A DNA stretch of 63,599 bases, counting the filler, from Pelomyxa schiedti (Eukaryota > Protista > Evosea), in NCBI GenBank assembly GCA_020536535.1. It is 9 parts of 9 records of this genome, joined end to end, with 100 filler letters (N's around TTAATTAATTAA, not from the genome) between each part and the next. Parts side by side here need not be neighbours in the genome. Positions count along the whole stretch, not along the records: positions 1 to 13,759 come from JAHLWZ010001185.1; positions 13,860 to 42,676 come from JAHLWZ010001015.1; 7 more parts are not named here. The stretch is one strand, 5' to 3'. The notes beneath the pieces were generated by a model. The model ran no database searches. It saw only the letters and a program-made list of their open reading frames with translations, and was not told where the DNA came from. The position numbers were made by a program, and so were the translations under genes. Positions 9,708 through 20,042 of the stretch are shown here, in pieces. Each line of letters starts with the position of its first letter. Position 1 is the first letter of the stretch.

Positions 9708-11231
9708 ATGTGTGGTCTTCTTCTTTCGTCGCTATCATCACAACAAACAACCACACCAAGCAACAGCAGCGATGCTCCAATGTGTGCGTCATCACAACCG
9801 GCGTCATCGTCACCATCTGTTGTGAGCGCAACAGTCGTCGTGTGGGCACGTGATCAAATGGCCGCACTGGCTGCAGGGACACACCCGCGGTGTGGGGCAC
9901 GCAGCTCGGTCGGAATTATGGGATCGTCGCTGCTCGAGCTGATGTATCGCATTTGCTGTGGTGACCCAGAGATATCAGTTGCGCCACAACCTGGAAACAG
10001 CGAATTATGGGGCTCCCCTGTGGTGACTCTGTGTGTTGGTGTTTATGCCAGGCCATTGAGCAGTACTACTGGGACTGGAGCTGTGCCCACTGATGTGATA
10101 AGAATCGATGTGTCTGCTCCTTTGCTTGGTGTCATCAGTGTGAGGATGCTGGACCACAGGAAGAGCCTTGTATTTCCGGATACTGAAGAAAGGGGTCTTT
10201 CTCCAAGTGCTGCGCGTCTAAGGCAGAATTGCGAGTGTGAGAGGTGGGACCTTGTTGGCCCGAATGGGGAGTGTGTCATCAAGAAGCCCAATACAAACGG
10301 TACAACTGTAGGCACCTTCTACTTCCTCCCTGCTCCTCCTTTTATTATCGTGGACAGTGATTACAATCAGTCCAACAACTCTCCTGATGAGGATGGCTTT
10401 GACGGTCCCATGTTTTTGTTTGAAGAATCTTACAGCACATCTTGTGCTGGGTGCCACACTGGAAACACAAAGTGGTGGGCGTGGTGTGATGGGGAGGATC
10501 TGTGTTTGCTGGAGATTGCTGAGAGAATTGCCATGAGGAATGGAAATGAGCTTAAACAAACATCAATCAGTACCGAGGAAACCAAGAGCTTGTGGTCGAT
10601 TCTCTTGGCAATTCCACAGATTCACGTTGATGAGGATGATGACCACTGGGTGGTGCAGCTTTTCGTAAGTGAAGTGAATCCCAATGAGCTGGTGATTGCA
10701 GCAGTTGCCCGTTCCACTCTTTTCCTTGTTATTGATGTCACACACACCCTCAAGACTGGGAATCTCACTGTTGTCAGCAGAACCACCTGTGCCATAACCA
10801 GTACTTCAGATGGCAGAGATTATGTGTCAGCAATCATGTGCAGGCAGAAATCAGGTCAGAGAGTGTTTGTTGTGCGGGCACACGGTTGCACCAGAGCGTT
10901 CTCTGATGTTCACCAAGTGGATGAGACCACAGGTGTGAAAAAACTGGTGACTAACGGTGTGATGCAGCTCTGCCATCTCACACCATCATTGTTCTGCACG
11001 TCACATCACTCACCTCCTCAGTGCATGTCCTGTCACATTTGGGACTGCAATGACACAACTAGGCCTGTGTTGGTTGTGGGGCCTGTTGAGGGTTGCACCC
11101 ATGTTGAATCTGCGTGTGGCCTCTTGCTTTTCAACAGCAACACCCAAATCAGGGTTGTTGATGCCCTCACTGGTGTTGAACTTGCCACATTCGATGTTCC
11201 TTCCTCATTCTCACTGATGCTCAAGCCCTGA
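9708..11231 (+). CDS. HPRCG-box family protein (different subfamily), intronless; start is 9708 or 9780
   Basis: WARDQMAALAAGTHPRCGARSSV; NTKWW, VIDVTHT, HIWDCND and GLLLF..IRVVDALTG motifs. Confidence 0.8.
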   Translation: MCGLLLSSLSSQQTTTPSNSSDAPMCASSQPASSSPSVVSATVVVWARDQMAALAAGTHPRCGARSSVGIMGSSLLELMYRICCGDPEISVAPQPGNSELWGSPVVTLCVGVYARPLSSTTGTGAVPTDVIRIDVSAPLLGVISVRMLDHRKSLVFPDTEERGLSPSAARLRQNCECERWDLVGPNGECVIKKPNTNGTTVGTFYFLPAPPFIIVDSDYNQSNNSPDEDGFDGPMFLFEESYSTSCAGCHTGNTKWWAWCDGEDLCLLEIAERIAMRNGNELKQTSISTEETKSLWSILLAIPQIHVDEDDDHWVVQLFVSEVNPNELVIAAVARSTLFLVIDVTHTLKTGNLTVVSRTTCAITSTSDGRDYVSAIMCRQKSGQRVFVVRAHGCTRAFSDVHQVDETTGVKKLVTNGVMQLCHLTPSLFCTSHHSPPQCMSCHIWDCNDTTRPVLVVGPVEGCTHVESACGLLLFNSNTQIRVVDALTGVELATFDVPSSFSLMLKP

Positions 11232-11290
11232 TCAGCCCCTCTTACCCAAAAATTTGGAAAAGGAAAACCAGGAAAAAAGTACTTTTTTTT

Positions 11291-12721
11291 TCAATGCAAG
11301 AAACCAGAGGAGGGTGTGACGAGGGTGACTGGAGAGAAAGCAGGAAAATTGAGGGTGAGGAGAACGAACCCTGATCTTGGTTCAATCACATCAACCATGT
11401 TGGCAGACATTTGGAAGATGAATCCAGATTCTGCCATGAACCTCCTCATACTTTTGCTGGTGTGCGGGGCCTGTGCCTTGTTGTTGTGGCTTGGGAGATT
11501 TTGAAGAAGATTCAGAGGGTGTGTGAGGTCGTCAGTGTGATAGAACTTGACGAAATCCCAATCTTTGTTTGTGCGGAATGACACACAGAGCAGTGAGTCA
11601 GACACCACAAACACATCATCCACGTGGGAGAACATGTGTGTGGAAACGCCTGTTGATTCCTCAACTCGGAACACCGCGTTGTTGTGGAAATTCTTCCTGG
11701 AATGGCTACTTCTTCTCCCGGCAGTCTTCACAAGGAAGGAGCGTGTTTCAGTGGAACAAGGATTCCAGTCGTTCCTCATCACAACGAGTCTGTTGAATGG
11801 GGCACTAAATTCACAGCTCGTTGTGCTCAGCAGAACCAGGCTTCTGTCGTTGAAGGTCTTCTCCATGTCAACGACAAAGATGACTGTTTTGTTCTCAGGG
11901 GAGAGCTGATCTGTGATTGCAACAACAACCTCGGATTCGACACGCTTGTCCATAAACAATTGGACGAGGCAGTAACCAAATGACTCGTGTGCACCTGGCA
12001 TTGCCACAGAAACACCGCTCTGCTGCTGGTGCTCCTGAGTGTTGTTCTTCACGCCGCCAATGAACTTTGTGTCACCACCACCACCAAGATTGCCGCCACA
12101 AATCGGGATGGGCGCAACAGTCAACACCATTGGCCTCGTACCACGATCAAAGAAGTAGGCCCAGGAAGCGTACGGATCTGCCGTTGGCCTCACCACCATG
12201 GCAACCCACCTGCTGTTGGCCTGCCACTCGCACACAGTGTGGCCCGGGGGGCTCCTCAAGGCCTCCGCGGCGGCGCCGGTGCCCGCGTCCACGGCCCCCA
12301 GCACGCAGCAGTCGGTCCCGTGCTGGTGCCGCGGAACCACGCCGACGAAGAGGCGGCTGCTGGCCCACTGGGTCCTGTGCTCCCAGCTGGGGCGCACCGG
12401 CGCCGGGGCGGGGCTGCGGGCGACGCTCAGGAGCAGCGGGGAGACCGCGAAGGAGACGGCCGCCGTGTCCTCCTTCCACCAGCGCCAGCGGGACTGCGCG
12501 TGGCGCGAGGGGATCCCGTCGACCTCGAGGACGAAGAACCGGAGGGTGGGGCGGACCCAGTCGGACCACAGCAGGCGGACGAGCGAGGCGGCGTGGCCGC
12601 GTCCCATAACTCTCTGCATCGCGCTGCCGCCGCCGCACCGCTCGATCGTCGCCCCCGCCGCGAGCGCGCCGAGTTGGTCGCGCGTCGTGGTGGTCATTGC
12701 GGTGACGGAAACGCCACTCAT
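11291..12721 (-). CDS. HPRCG-box family protein, intronless, 476 aa
   Basis: TTRDQLGALAAGATIERCGGGSAMQRVMG...LWSDWVRPTLRFFV; NSRW, VVDMEKT and AESGFIF..VIEPRSG motifs. Confidence 0.8.
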   Translation of the reverse strand: MSGVSVTAMTTTTRDQLGALAAGATIERCGGGSAMQRVMGRGHAASLVRLLWSDWVRPTLRFFVLEVDGIPSRHAQSRWRWWKEDTAAVSFAVSPLLLSVARSPAPAPVRPSWEHRTQWASSRLFVGVVPRHQHGTDCCVLGAVDAGTGAAAEALRSPPGHTVCEWQANSRWVAMVVRPTADPYASWAYFFDRGTRPMVLTVAPIPICGGNLGGGGDTKFIGGVKNNTQEHQQQSGVSVAMPGAHESFGYCLVQLFMDKRVESEVVVAITDQLSPENKTVIFVVDMEKTFNDRSLVLLSTTSCEFSAPFNRLVVMRNDWNPCSTETRSFLVKTAGRRSSHSRKNFHNNAVFRVEESTGVSTHMFSHVDDVFVVSDSLLCVSFRTNKDWDFVKFYHTDDLTHPLNLLQNLPSHNNKAQAPHTSKSMRRFMAESGFIFQMSANMVDVIEPRSGFVLLTLNFPAFSPVTLVTPSSGFLH

Positions 12722-13266
12722 CGTGGAGGAATTTATTTTTAAATGTATTAGCTTTATTATTAATTGTAATGGACCAAACTGTGGTTAACCCTATTTATTG
12801 AATTTTAAGGGAAATACAATTCAACAGAAACGCACAAATCAAACACCCAAACAAACAGAAAAATAAAAAAAAAAAAAAATCGCGCTCGGAACTTTGTTCT
12901 TGTCGTCGATGATTTCGTGATGTGAACGAAAGAAGGATCGAGTTCGAGGAATCTGATGGTAATCGGGAGGGAGAAAAGAAAAAGGCAGTTGGCAATCTAC
13001 CAGGATTTGTACCTCATGTCTGGTACCTCAGCTTTTTCAGATCAACATTGGACTGAGCCACCACCTCAGCAGCGAGGCTCAGCTTTGCTGGGGTCACAAC
13101 AGGCACCACCACCACTGCAGCAGCAGCTGCAACAACAGCAGATCCCTGTCAGACAGGCACAAGCAGCTGCCATTGATAATCCTCAAGCTGTTGGCTCAGC
13201 TGCGTTGAAAAGTGGTCCCCCCAATACTCTGGACCATGTGGCTGTTGGAACCTTCTAGAACAAGCG

Positions 13267-13390
13267 TGTCCTTTTAAGCCAGGCTCAAATCCACCTGACA
13301 ACACACACAAAGTAAAAAAAGAGCAGTAAAGCAACCAACACTACACGAGAATAACCAAAACATTATCATTATTAAATTCTTGTTACACAC
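13267..13390. repeat. Dispersed repeat of about 120 bp, copy 1
   Basis: tgtccttttaagcc..ctcaaatccacc.gacaac...aaaacattatc.ttat..a.tt.cttgttacac aligns with 49056-49177. Confidence 0.75.
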
Positions 13391-13589
13391 AAAAGCACAC
13401 ACTAATGACAAGGTAGTTCCATTTCCAATTACAATAGACTATTACTAAGATGGTCCTTCAGGCATCAACAGCAGGTGAATTGCATCTTGAGTGCTGCTCC
13501 ACTTGCCCTTACAACAGTTCTTGAGCCAGAAAAAGGACTCTGGCCAACTTTTCGTGCTTCTCCTGCAGTTTCGTGTCTCTCTGTGCCTT

Positions 13590-13759
13590 TATTGCAGCTG
13601 CAGGCCTTTTTCACTATTGTACATTTTGATGTGTATTGGTTCAACTCCTTCCTGAATGATGTTGTGCCCCGGATTGACTATGGCCGCCGTGGTAAGAAGC
13701 CGCAGATTTCAACGGCCAATGCTGTTTTGCTCTATTTTATGTGTCTATCAAATGGTTCC
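13590..13759 (+). mobile_element. Possible PIF/Harbinger (IS5-like) transposase N-terminal fragment, cut by the contig end
   Basis: FFTIVHFDVYWFNSFLNDVVPRIDYGRRGKKPQISTANAVLLYFMCLSNG resembles the HTH region before DDE_Tnp_4; no catalytic residues visible. Confidence 0.35.
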
Positions 13760-13859
13760 NNNNNNNNNNNNNNNNNNNNNNNNNNNNNNNNNNNNNNNNN
13801 NNNTTAATTAATTAANNNNNNNNNNNNNNNNNNNNNNNNNNNNNNNNNNNNNNNNNNNN
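13760..13859. other. Artificial contig linker; identical linkers at 42677-42776, 43857-43956, 45370-45469, 48043-48142, 50239-50338, 51600-51699 and 61969-62068
   Basis: 44 N + TTAATTAATTAA (stops in all six frames) + 44 N, repeated identically. Confidence 0.98.
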
Positions 13860-14528
13860 CGGAGCAGCGAGACCCGGTCCGCGTCGCAGTCCCCGCACGC
13901 CGCCAGGATCGCGCGCACGAGGTCGGGCTGCGGCCGGTACAGCGCGAGGTGCAGCGCCGTAGTCTTCTTGCGGTACGACAGGAAGCGCACGCGCGGGTCG
14001 GCGTGGTACTTCCCCAGGAGGCATCGGGCGACCGCGTCGTGCCCCTCGCGCACCGCGACGCCCAGCGGCGTCACGCCGGCCCAGCCGCGCCACTCCCCGA
14101 GGGTGCAGGGCCCGTCCACGAGGGCCTGCACGGCGGCGCGGGACTCGGCGCCCGGGCGCGCGGCCCACGCGTCCAGCACGGCCTCGAGCTCGTCGACGTG
14201 GCCCAGCGCCGCGCAGACGAACGGCAGGCTGATGCGCACCGCGAACTGGCGCGAGGCGAAGCGGCGCACGAAGGCGGAGGTCTCGGAGGTCCACCTGGGG
14301 TCGTTGTCGTCGCGCACCGCGGCGTCGCACCAGGCCGCCTCGGCCTCGCGCCCCGCCGGCACCGCCGCCGCGAGCCTGGCCAGCTTGGCGGCCTGCGCCT
14401 TGGCCGCGGCCGCCAGCATCTTGCTTGCCTACCACCGCGAGGATGATCCCTCGCGTCTCGACGTACTCTGGGTCGGTGTTCTCCTCGTGGAGGGAGGAGT
14501 GCGGACTAGTGCCCACTGTCTGCCCCAT
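13860..14528 (-). CDS. Ankyrin-repeat protein, tandem paralog of 14634-16834; 3' end lost at the contig end; apparent 1-nt frameshift near 14420
   Basis: Starts MGQTVGTSPHSSLHEE like the paralog, but the homologous AAAKAQAAKLARL...VRISLPFVCAALGH...TPLGVAVREGH continues in another frame (ORF 13808-14419). Confidence 0.7.
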
Positions 14529-14633
14529 GTTGTTTGGTTGGTTTTTTTTTTCTCACTTCCGTGACTTCGCAGAACTTTTTTCAGTTAAACTTCACCCCCG
14601 AAAAAGTGTTTTCGTTGTAGTAGTGGTTAGTCT

Positions 14634-16834
14634 TTACTCTTTGTGGGATGGTTCCTCCTTGCTGTGTGTTTTGAAGGAGATGGTGATGTGGAATGCGCTC
14701 CTGCGTACCTTTTCTCTGGCTTCGTCGAGGATGGAATGGTACCTGTGGAGGCTGGGAGGCACTAGTACTGGACGGTGCCCTTCATAGCCCATACGATCAG
14801 TGCAGTCAGTTCCGTCACAAACTCGAAACGGCTTCACGCAGTGTTGGCATAAGTTCCTGGATGCCCAGAAGAAGCACACATGTTTCCACTTGGGGTATTG
14901 CTTGTGAGTTTTCGTTTGTTTGTGTGAGGGTGGTACCTTCACTTCTTCCTCTGCTTTCAAGATATGGAGATACCTTCTGAGAAGAACTCTTGTGGAGTGG
15001 GGCCAGGCTGCACTTGAATTCATGAAGGCATGCTTTTGTTTTATGAGGTGAGCTTCTTATTGTGCGATTCAAAAGGGGAAAAAAAAATACCTGCCAGGAT
15101 GAATTGGAACGGCCAACATGGTACCTAAAGATAAACGATGGTGAGTATCAACTCAATACAGTTGGATTAGGAGGTGCCAACCAAAATCGGGAAGTTTGTT
15201 GAATCCTGCCAAGCGATTGAATGTCAAGATACCCCAACACTTCGGCTGTTTCCGCTTGATATTGCGCAAGCAATGACGTTATCGTGTCATCCATCCTAAC
15301 AACAAATTGTCAAGTTAACTCTTTTTGAAACTTGGAAGATTACTCAATTTTAGCTGCGGAGACCATTCCCGATTCAGGATCACTTGGAGGTACCCCTGAA
15401 AAATCCATAACAGGCATTGACCCACGGAGCTTATCTATCGATTCAAGAGCAGAATATTTCTCCACTGACAGGACTTTCACGGTCTGGCTCTGATACAAAT
15501 CCAGATATCCTGAGAGTTTTTTATCAGAAAAACAGGGAATAACATTATGCGCTACCAGCGATATGAGGGTATTCTTTATCTGGAAATCTTTTCCAGAAGA
15601 AGTCAGATTTGCTTGGGAGCAGACCCCCACGTTTGGCCATTGCGTCCACCAATTCCTTTTGATTGAAAATAACAGCAAGTATCATTGGTGTTTTTGCTTG
15701 AGAGTCGTAGTTGCCCATATCATACTCACACGGGGCGTTTGGATTAGCACCAAGAGAAAGGAGCTTTAGAGCGACGGGTTGATTCTTGATTATCGTTGCC
15801 AATAAAAGTGGTGTTTTGTTCTTTCCAGGGTATGACTCCTCATTGACCCACGGAAGGAAAGCTGGGTGATCGACGAGTATTTGCTGGGCCTCTGCCCTTT
15901 CGAAATGTCGGAATCTCGTGGACGTCGCGTTCAAAAGTGCAAGGCCTAGGCCGCCGCTGAACACCGAGCACAGGTGCCTCAATATTTCCGGGCGAGCTTC
16001 CTCTTGCTTGCAGTACTCGGCAATCGGCCAATCCTTGTCCAACGCAGCCATCGCGGCAGCCCCCCATTTCGCGGAATCGGTGAGGACGCGCACCTGCTCG
16101 ATCTCGTCGGGGCTGTCCTGGTGGTGCAGGGCTATATTTAGCGGCCGCAGCCCGCACCCCTCGCCGCGCAGCAGCGAGATCCTGGCGGCGTCGTCGGCCC
16201 CGCACGCGGCGAGGATCGCCTCGGTGACCTCGGGCTGCCCGCGGTACAGGCTCATGTTGAGCGCCGTGCTCACCTCCGTGACCGCGTTGCCAAACTCGAA
16301 GCGCGGCCGCGGGTCCGCGCGGTACTTCTCCGCGAGGCAGCGCGCGACGGCGCGGTGGCGCTCGCGCGCGGCGACGGCCAGCGGCGTCGCGCCGGCCCAG
16401 AAGTCGAAGGTGCAGGGCCCGTCCACGAGGGCCTGCACCGCGGCGCGGGACTCGGCGCCCGGGCGCGCGGCCCACGCGTCCAGCACGCACACCAGCTCGT
16501 CGAGGTGCCCCAGCGCCGCGCAGACGAACGGCAGGCTGATGCGCACGGGGAGCTTGCGGCTGACCATGTGGCGCACGAACTTGGAGACGTCCGAGGGGAT
16601 CCTGGGGTCGTTCTCGTCGCGGATCGTGGTGGTGCACCAGGCGGCGTCGGCCTCGCGCCCAGGGGCGGTGGCGGCGGCCAGCTTGGCGAGCCTGGCGGTC
16701 TGGGCCTTGGCCGCGGCGGTCAGCAGCTTGTTGCGCTTGCGGACCACCGCGAGGATGCTGGCTTGGGTGGCCAGGTAGTGCGCGTCATGGCTCTCGTGTG
16801 AGGGGTGCGAGTTGGTCCCAACTGTCTGCCCCAT
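14634..16834 (-). CDS. Ankyrin repeat + F-box + Cys/His C-terminal domain protein; long first exon and about 4 introns
   Basis: Ankyrin TPL motifs in 15556-16834; intron 15510-15555 skips the ORF stop; spliced exons give EVLGYLDIQSLGRIQQTSRFWYHVGRSNSSWQ (F-box-like) then PKWKHVCFFWASRNLCQHCVKPFRVC; MGQTVG start is compatible with N-myristoylation. Confidence 0.7.
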
Positions 16835-17147
16835 GGCGTTTTGGTTCGTTGTTTGTTGGCCGTGTTGCCCTCATTGTTGACTTATGAGAAGACTATTTTC
16901 GAAGAATGACAGTTCACGATCTTGTACTATCTTCAGTGCTTCCTGCCATTCCAAGTCGTGGACGAGACTCTCAGGTTCAAACCAGGAAGGGCCGAGGAGG
17001 AGGGAGACGGCAGGGACACTCCAGTCTCCAGAAATGAAGGCAGATTAAGGACAACCCAAACACAGGCTGATTTGGGCCTAACAGATCTCTCTGATCTCTT
17101 AAAAAAACAGTGCCCTAGTCCAAACATTAAAAACGCAAGTACAAAAA

Positions 17148-19763
17148 ATGCAAAAGGAGCTCTATGGCCTCACAGTGATACAACTACGAGAGCGCCTCAA
17201 GGCGTTGTCACTTGTGACCGGTGGCATCAAGAACGTGCTCGTCAACAGGCTCCTCGACTACTACGAGTCCCACCCCGAGGCCACCGACGAAACCACCACC
17301 AGCAGCAGCACTGCCGACTCCAAAGAAAACACCAACAGCGACGCCAACAAGCCCTCCTCAGCAGATGATGTCCCTCCTTCGTCCTCATCGTACTCAGCAG
17401 CATCAACAGGGACAACGGCTACGACGACGACGACGGCGGCGGCGGCGACGACCACTACCACGAGTAGTAGTGCTGCTGCTACGTGCACTAGTAGTACTAG
17501 CAGTGGGGGGAAAACTAGTAAGGGTGATGAGGAGGGCGGGCCGACGACGAGAAGCCGCTCGGCTGCGGCAGCGAGGACAAAGAGTGGGAGCAAGGGCAAG
17601 GGAAAGGGCAAGGGCAGGAGCAAGAAATCCAAGAAGAGCAGCGGGAGTGATGAGGATGACAGCGAGAATTACAGCGAAAGCGGAAGTGAGGGCGCCAGTG
17701 AAAGTGGGAGCGGGAGTGATTCCGCGGAGGAGAGCGACGCGGAGAGTAGTGGTAGTGGCAGCGATTCGGACGAGGAGGTGCACAGGAAGAGGAAGCCAAC
17801 ACGTGGTGCCTCGGGTGCTTTTTTTTTTTTTTTTGTTTATTTACGATAAATGTGGGTGATATTATTTTTATTTATTTGGATTTGATGTGGGTACAGTGTG
17901 TTGAACCTTTTGTTCTTCTAGGTGACTCCACGGATGCAAAAAAGCCTCGCTCGAGTGCACAGAAGACTTCCAGGTGGATAAAGGTAAGATTTAAAATTCC
18001 TGTTTTAACTGGAATTAACCACCCTCCACATAGTTTGACTCCCTGTTACTTTATTCCAGTAGAGATGATATTGCGCCTTCCACAACCATATACGGCTTTG
18101 ACATGGATGACACTCTTATAGCAGTACTATATACGAACTACAAACATTCTGTATTCGTTAAACAACAACAAAAAAAAAAAACCAGACCAAATCGGGGAAA
18201 AAATTCGCCACAGGTCGTTCTGACTGGAAATGGTTCCATAAATGCGTACCAGACGCACTGAGAAAGCTCGTTTCTGATGGGTTGATTTTCCTCCTTGTAT
18301 TTATTACTCGGAAAAATATTTTGTCACACTCACTTAGAAAAAAAGTGGTCATTTTCACCAACCAAGGAGGCATATGTGGAAGGAATGGATATGACAAATC
18401 AAAGGAAGCTATGATAACAGGAAAAATCGAAGACATTATTGCTGAGGTAATCTTTTTAAAAAACATAGGTTTTAATAAATCCCTAGTTGAATCTCCCAAT
18501 ACAAGTTCTTATTGCAACAACAGAGGATATGTATAGGAAACCAGGCACTGAACTGTGGAAAATTTTTGTTGAAAAACTGAATGGCGGTGTAGCCCCAAGT
18601 ATGTGGTTGCCTCGTGTCAATCTGCTGGTTTACCATTCCGCTCAAAGACCTTCCTGAATGTACATTCGTTGGTGATGCTGCTGGTCGGCCAAAGAACTGG
18701 GCTCCAGGGAAAAAAGAAGATTTCTCTTGTAGTGATAGAAAATTTGGTGAGTAGATTTTTTTCTATGGATAACACTCATTGGGTACGGAAAAGCTTTCAA
18801 CTTAGGTATCAAATTTGCTACCCCCGAGGTGTTTTTTTTGGGGCAGCAAGACGTTCCCTTTGATTGGGACTATCCGGACCTCTCCAAGATACCTGAAAGT
18901 GCATATGCACCAAATCTATCTATATTTTATTATTTAATCCTAACTAGCTGGCCCTATTATTGATGGCAATGCGGACACTCTTACTTCCGCGACTACTGAG
19001 ATGATTCTCTTTGTTGGTACTTTTACTTAACACTTCACTGAATAAATAACACAAATAGGATTTCCTGCAAGTGGCAAAAGTACTTTTGCTAAAACACACC
19101 TTATTCCAAAGAACTACGTTCATGTAAACAGGGACACACTGAGCACACAGCCGAAGTGCTTAAAGGCTGCAAAGGACGCACTGAGTAGGTTTGTTTTGCA
19201 TGATTAATCCTTGATACTTCTCACGTTTCCGACAATGACAATAGCGGCTCCAGTGTTGTAATTGACAACACAAATCCGTCAAAAGCAAACCGAGCACCGT
19301 ACATCAAACTTGCCAAAGACCGTATGGTTCATGTGACCCCACACTTAATTCCTAATGCAACAAATCCAGTTGGAGTGCCGGTGCGATGTTTTCGCTTTGA
19401 TACGGAGGAAGAATTAGCCAAACATCTCAACAGCTTCCGCGAGCAAATAACGCAAGGGAAGTCGGCACATGTCCCCAGAGTTGGTACGCAATGTAGATAT
19501 CATTTATTATTTACTCACATTACCCAGGTTATGCTGTCTTTAAAAAGGCATTTCAAGAGCCCACTCTTTCTGAAGGGTATGGCCAAGCACAAAAAAACAA
19601 AAAAAAACAAAATACTCCCTACTCCAAAACAAACAGAACCACACCCATAATGCCCAGCTTCACAAAGCCTAACCCTCAAAGGTTCTCTGAAATACGCCAC
19701 ATCAACTTTGTTGCGAACTTTGCCTCCCCTGAGCACCGTGCAGTCTTTAAACTCATGCATTGA
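17148..19763 (+). CDS. PNKP: Bifunctional polynucleotide 3'-phosphatase/5'-kinase with N-terminal SAP domain; about 13 introns
   Basis: Spliced motifs [53 protein letters not shown]-loop [23 protein letters not shown]; [31 protein letters not shown]. Confidence 0.92.
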
Positions 19764-20042
19764 TGCAGTACTCTGGAGAATAACCTCGTCTTGTAATTGC
19801 TCTTGTGAGTGGGATTTTTTTTAAAACATCACATTGCTCCTTAATTGACAAGAGCGCAACACCGAATTTGTTGGTTGTTCTTGCAATCTCATCTTAGGTC
19901 TGATGTGCACAGCTTTCGTGAAAACTTGTGCACGAATGAACCAATCTCAAAACACAGGTTTTAATTTCGTTTGTTTCCGAGGGAAGCAAAAAGAGGCGAA
20001 ACAGCACAATTAAATAAAAAAAAACAAGGGATCTACAGCAAG

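Noticed and set aside
13267-13300. tRNA-like T-arm (ggctcaaatcc)
   Set aside because: No cloverleaf, D-arm or anticodon arm; kept only as a dispersed repeat.
13760-13859. TTAATTAATTAA palindrome repeated eight times within N runs
   Set aside because: Artificial contig linker; not biological, and ORFs running into it are artefacts.
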